A stretch of 57,984 bases of DNA from Candidatus Jorgensenbacteria bacterium RIFCSPLOWO2_01_FULL_45_25b (GTDB lineage Bacteria > Patescibacteriota > Minisyncoccia > UBA6257 > GWB1-50-10): the NCBI GenBank assembly GCA_001781035.1, contig MFKK01000037.1, positions 1-57,984 on the forward strand, in the 5' to 3' direction. Below, piece after piece: positions 54,188 through 57,984 of this stretch; position 1 is the stretch's first letter; each line of letters opens with the position of its first letter. A program made the translations under genes and the position numbers. The notes under the pieces are model-generated. The model had not been told where the DNA came from. It saw only the letters and a program-made list of their open reading frames with translations, and searched no databases.

Positions 54188-54751
54188 ATGATTTTAAAAC
54201 AAAATTTTTTCAATAGGTCGGCGCTTGAGGTCGCTCCGGAGCTTTTGGGGAAGTTTTTGGTTCGGAAGCACAAAGGCAAAACTATTGTTGGCATGATTAG
54301 GGAGGTAGAGGCGTATAACGGGCCTTTTGATAAAGCTTCGCACGCGTCAAAGGGGCGCACGCCGAGAACGGAAATCATGTTTGGTCCGCCCGGATATTTT
54401 TATATTTATTTATGTTATGGCTTTCACTGGATGCTGAATGTTATAACTGGAGAGGAAGGGTATCCGGCGGCAATTTTGATACGAAGTGTTCAATATTTGG
54501 AAGCCGAACTCCCAAATATTGAGGGGCCGGGGAGAGTGACGAAGTTTTTTGGGATTGATGGAAAGTTGAACGGAAAATCCGCCTTCGCTCAAGGCTACAG
54601 CGAGACAAAGCTCGTCTTGCCCGAGAATGGGTTGTGGTTTGAGGATAGAGGCGATGAATTTTCAATGAAGATAAAGAGAGCGCCGCGTATCGGAGTTGCT
54701 TCGGCGGGCAGGGTTTGGAGTAAGAAGCCGTATCGTTTTTTTGTGGACTAA
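54188..54751 (+). CDS. mpg: DNA-3-methyladenine glycosylase (Mpg/AAG family)
   Basis: VAPELLGKFLV, EVEAY, DKASHA and PGYFYIYLCYGFHWMLNV motifs. Confidence 0.85.
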   Translation: MILKQNFFNRSALEVAPELLGKFLVRKHKGKTIVGMIREVEAYNGPFDKASHASKGRTPRTEIMFGPPGYFYIYLCYGFHWMLNVITGEEGYPAAILIRSVQYLEAELPNIEGPGRVTKFFGIDGKLNGKSAFAQGYSETKLVLPENGLWFEDRGDEFSMKIKRAPRIGVASAGRVWSKKPYRFFVD

Positions 54752-54800
54752 GTAAAACGTAAAATTTAAGGCATGAAGCGCAAAATAAATTTATAACTTG

Positions 54801-54848
54801 CGTTGCATATTTTCCACGATCGTGGAAAAAGTGCAGCGTTTTTTTATG
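54801..54848 (+). terminator. Rho-independent terminator formed by a P1 palindrome
   Basis: cgttgcatattttccacgatcgtggaaaaagtgcagcg followed by a T-run, 50 nt after the mpg stop. Confidence 0.8.
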
Positions 54849-55002
54849 TTTCTTTTATATTTCTATGTTTATACTCTTATGTTTATATTTACATGTTTGA
54901 CATGTAAATATAAGAAAAAGCCCGTTAGGAAGACTTTTGATTAAGTATGAAAGAGCCCGCACCTGATGGCACGGGCATTTGGACGAAACAAGAAAAAGCC
55001 CG

Positions 55003-55152
55003 TTAGGAGGGCTTTTGCGCGAGGGGCGCTAGGAGACACACTAGCAACCCCCCGACTAGGGTTGTAAGTCCGGCAAGTTCCAACGCGTCCGCGCGAAATT
55101 CGCCGGCGACCAGCATTACGATTGTTGCTACAAGACATATCGTTAGATACAT
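55003..55152 (-). CDS. 49-aa two-TM small membrane protein
   Basis: MYLTICLVATIVMLVAGEF...LTTLVGGLLVCLLAPLAQKPS. The stop codon lies inside a terminator hairpin, aaaagccc-tcctaac-gggctttt. Confidence 0.5.
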   Translation of the reverse strand: MYLTICLVATIVMLVAGEFRADALELAGLTTLVGGLLVCLLAPLAQKPS

Positions 55153-55291
55153 CTTGTTAGTTCCTTTCTTGTTTGACTCTGATTGAGTCACTAGTATCAG
55201 TGTCTTGATTTGTTGCCGATTGTCAATGAGGCGTATGTAAAAGAGCCCGTACTGATGGCACGGACCCTTGGACGAAGCGAGGAGGGTTCTT

Positions 55292-55951
55292 TTACCAACC
55301 CTCTCGCTTTTTTATGTATTGAATGACTTTTCCTGCCGAAACGATATCGCCCTTCGCGTAGTAGCGATTGAGGCGATCTAACTCTCCCTCAAGAGACTCT
55401 AGACGCGTTTGTCCTCCCTCCCCCTGGCTCCATGATGCTTCCTGGAACCACGGGAGTGGCTTGGGGGGGATGGCATAGACGCTGATGGGGCGGTCCCCGA
55501 ACACCGAGATGGTGTTCGTGAACGCTCGCAACAGATGCCCCGTGACGGTGACGACCCCTAGCTTGAACCCAGGTCGATGGGTGTTCTCTATCGCCCAGAA
55601 CGCAAGTTGCAGGGCTTCCGTTCCGGTGTGAGATAAGCCCGCGGGGCGGGGGAGAAGCTCTATCTTCTCATCCGGTACACCGTGGGAGATAAGTTGTTTT
55701 TTCCAGCTTATTCCGCCGGAGTATGCACAGGTAACTTCGTCTCCGGAAGGGAAGTATCGTCCTCCCCCGCAGAGGAGGAGACGAGAGGTGCGTCCCTCTC
55801 GCACCAAAGTAGCTCCGTGTTCTAAGATCGCAATCTCGTTTTCGGGCGTATGCCCGAACAAGTACACTGCGTCTAGTTTTTTCGGAATCGTGTCGTTGTA
55901 CACAAGCATTGTAGCTTGTAACAACTCTAACTCGTTCTCATACCAAAGCAT
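55292..55951 (-). CDS. DUF218/YdcF-like protein
   Basis: LLLCGGG..., GVPDEKIELLP...SHTGTEA and VVTVTGHLLRAF resemble the DUF218 pattern. Confidence 0.5.
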   Translation of the reverse strand: MLWYENELELLQATMLVYNDTIPKKLDAVYLFGHTPENEIAILEHGATLVREGRTSRLLLCGGGRYFPSGDEVTCAYSGGISWKKQLISHGVPDEKIELLPRPAGLSHTGTEALQLAFWAIENTHRPGFKLGVVTVTGHLLRAFTNTISVFGDRPISVYAIPPKPLPWFQEASWSQGEGGQTRLESLEGELDRLNRYYAKGDIVSAGKVIQYIKKREGW

Positions 55952-56204
55952 TACAGCTCCTCCACCAGGAAAAAACTAGGTGATAGACCGTCAGGTGCCC
56001 GATTGACGCTAGCACTTATGAAGCATTTTTCGGATAAAATGTCAATAGTAAGGAGTAGTAAACTAAAAATAAATCCCTTTGACCCCGAAAAGCTTTATAT
56101 CGGGGCGGGTAGGCTCCCGCCGGACCCTGCCAGTTGATGGATTTTGCGGGCAAGCAGGGTGAGAAATAGAAAATGAAGAAATGAAAAAAATAACAGAAAT
56201 TAAT

Positions 56205-56230
56205 GTATCACTGTACTAGTACGGTGATAC
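56205..56230. repeat. Palindrome family P2, copy 3
   Basis: gtatcactgtactagtacggtgatac. Confidence 0.8.
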
Positions 56231-56348
56231 ATAAAAATGTAAGTTTTTGCTTTTTGCTATTTTTATACATTTAGTTGAATAAAAAAATGTGTGAGGTTAG
56301 AATGACGGTGGAATTCGGTCTTTAACAACGAACGAGAGAGGAAAGGGA

Positions 56349-56498
56349 ATGAGAATGAGATCTCCTTTGCGGGAGGTTGGCGGATTTTTCGCTTTCCTTC
56401 TTGTAATGTTGGTTTACGGTGTTTCCTGGCTTTTCCATAAGAAAACCAGAGAAAACAGGACTAATGAGGTTCTCGATCGTCTTTATCAGCTTCTCTAA
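56349..56498 (+). CDS. 49-aa single-TM small protein (below the ORF-track cutoff)
   Basis: SD gaggaaaggg. The peptide is MRMRSPLREVGGFFAFLLVMLVYGVSWLFHKKTRENRTNEVLDRLYQLL. Confidence 0.45.
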   Translation: MRMRSPLREVGGFFAFLLVMLVYGVSWLFHKKTRENRTNEVLDRLYQLL

Positions 56499-56515
56499 AG
56501 AGGATGGGGGGATAG

Positions 56516-56686
56516 ATGAGTAGGGTGGGAACTTTCTTACGAACTGTGTTGGGGGTTTTCGTGTTCTTTATTCTTTTCCTGTTTATTCTCGTCCTGTCTT
56601 CAGTTAGTCTACTGGAGACGGGGATTCGTTCGGCATTTCGGCGCGCCAGAGCCTTTCTGGCGCGTGAGGCGCCGGACGATTCGTAG
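56516..56686 (+). CDS. 56-aa single-TM small protein (below the ORF-track cutoff)
   Basis: SD gaggatgggggg. The peptide is MSRVGTFLRTVLGVFVFFILFLFILVLSSVSLLETGIRSAFRRARAFLAREAPDDS. Confidence 0.45.
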   Translation: MSRVGTFLRTVLGVFVFFILFLFILVLSSVSLLETGIRSAFRRARAFLAREAPDDS

Positions 56687-56687
56687 T

Positions 56688-56715
56688 GCGGAGGGTTTAT
56701 CGACCCTCCGCTTTG
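56688..56715 (+). terminator. Rho-independent terminator
   Basis: gcggagggt-ttatcg-accctccgc followed by tttg. Confidence 0.7.
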
Positions 56716-56845
56716 TATGTGTGGAAGTTTTGGTATTTTTGGTAAATATGTTGTCCTTTAGTTATGTTTAAAAAAATAACTTTATAAAAATATGAAAACA
56801 GCGAGACCTGGGTGGTCGCGCTGTTTTTTTGCCTCTCTCTCATTA

Positions 56846-57043
56846 TCAAGGGATTCTTGTTTTCTCCTCCCATTTTAGTAGCCACCTTTCAAGAAGAAAG
56901 TATGGCCAAAGGAACGTTACGATGATGCTTACGAGTGTCTCTTTGGTCCAGGGAATGTCCTTTTTCCGGAGCTGAAGCGTTGCTCCAACCCCAGTTAAAA
57001 GATAAGAAATCGCCAGGGCTATTAGAATTGCTCTCCAGTTCAT
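56846..57043 (-). CDS. 65-aa two-TM small membrane protein
   Basis: SD gaaggag lies upstream. The peptide begins MNWRAILIALAISYLLTGVGA. A bidirectional hairpin at 56802-56836 lies downstream. Confidence 0.55.
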   Translation of the reverse strand: MNWRAILIALAISYLLTGVGATLQLRKKDIPWTKETLVSIIVTFLWPYFLLERWLLKWEEKTRIP

Positions 57044-57166
57044 CTTCTACACTCCTTCTAAAATAGAAGTATATCACTTTTGTTTATTTTGACTAGATTA
57101 TTCACTTCGTTCCGGCTTTTGCCCGTTTGTTGACGGACTACGGACGGGCAGGCAGAATGACACTAT

Positions 57167-57984
57167 TATGAAACTATCAATTGGCATTGTGGGGTTGCCG
57201 AATGTGGGGAAGTCCACGCTTTTTAATGTTTTAACAAAACAGCAGGTTCTGGCGGCGAATTATCCGTTCGCGACGATTGACCCGAATGTGGGGGTTGTGC
57301 CGGTGCCGGACGAACGAGTGGACAGGCTTGCGGAGATGAGCAAGTCCGCGAAGAAGATTCCCGCGGTTGTGGAATTTTATGATATCGCGGGGCTGGTGAA
57401 GGGCGCGAATAAGGGCGAGGGATTGGGGAATCAGTTTTTAACCCATATTCGCGAGACGCAGGCGATTTGCATGGTGCTTCGCGTTTTTTCCTCGTCGGAT
57501 ATTATTCACGTGGAGGGCTCCGTGAATCCTTTGCGGGATTTGGAGATTATTGAAACCGAGCTCGCGCTTAAGGATTTGGAGACGGTGGAGAAGCGTCTTT
57601 CAAAAATTCTTCGGGACGCGAGGACGGGAAATAAAGAGGCGGTGGAGGAGAAGAATATGTTGGAAAAGATATACGCGCTTCTTGAACGGGGAAGGTTTTT
57701 GTCGCATGACTCGGAATTCATATCTCTTATTCACGCGAATAGGCGAATAGTGGAGCAGTTGAATCTTTTAACGGCGAAGGCTCGGATTTTTCTTTTGAAC
57801 GGAGAGGAAAAGAATGTGAGCGAGGAGCTGAGGGTGGCGATTAAGGAGAGGGGCGGTTCGTACGTGATTGCCGATTTATTTGAACGCGAACTTGAGGAGA
57901 CGGGCGTTCCCGAACTTATTCAGAAGGCATACGAGACGCTCGGGCTTATCAGTTTTTTTACAACGGGAGAGGATGAGACGAGGG
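57167..57984 (+). CDS. ychF: Ribosome-binding ATPase YchF (Obg-like), 3' end outside window
   Basis: Open frame to the window end, so it is not in the ORF track. Motifs are MKLSIGIVGLPNVGKSTLFN, ANYPFATIDPNVG, DIAGLVKGA and GLGNQFL. Confidence 0.9.

Noticed and set aside
54950-54990. Hammerhead-ribozyme-like string CUGAUGG...GACGAAAC on the plus strand, with a second copy at 55241-55280.
   Set aside because: The CUGAUG lies in the loop of a simple hairpin, and the conserved A of CUGAUGA is G in both copies. No stem II can be drawn between the two core blocks. It is treated only as a duplicated hairpin.

Overview
This is a bacterial chromosome segment. Gene content suggests a reduced-genome, Patescibacteria/CPR-like organism, which is inference only: archaeal-type UMP kinase, domain-trimmed AlaS and PurL, many tiny membrane ORFs, and a DGR. 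Backbone genes are htpX (partial), pyrH-like, uppS, dnaG-rpoD-alaS, obg, an ABC-F ATPase, a DEAD-box helicase, pyrF-pyrE, purQ-purL, purM, dnaX, mpg and ychF (partial). There are also cell-wall genes (M23 peptidase, an L,D-transpeptidase/DD-carboxypeptidase fusion, S66 carboxypeptidase) and three tRNAs (Ser-GGA, Pro-TGG, Gln-TTG). No rRNA and no CRISPR array are present. Accessory content: (1) A roughly 9 kb island abuts tRNA-Ser and carries a large serine recombinase. Its cargo is a 1031-aa caspase-like (peptidase C14) / Ski2-Hel308-like helicase fusion followed by an AbiU2-like HEPN ORF. This is the best candidate for an undescribed defence-type system. (2) A textbook diversity-generating retroelement, with 114-bp VR and TR that differ at 20 positions, all at TR adenines, plus an Avd-like gene and a DGR-type reverse transcriptase. 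(3) An IS481-like insertion sequence whose transposase is intact except for one in-frame TAG. (4) A GIY-YIG mini-cassette apparently inserted into the 5' end of tRNA-Pro. (5) Several dispersed repeat families. These include palindromic terminator-like elements, a REP/MITE-like element that also sits in frame inside alaS and dnaG, and 7-bp CTAGAAG arrays that start exactly at stop codons. (6) A cluster of very small hydrophobic-peptide genes at 53.4-57.1 kb. All calls come from reading the sequence and the ORF translations by eye. No database search was run.
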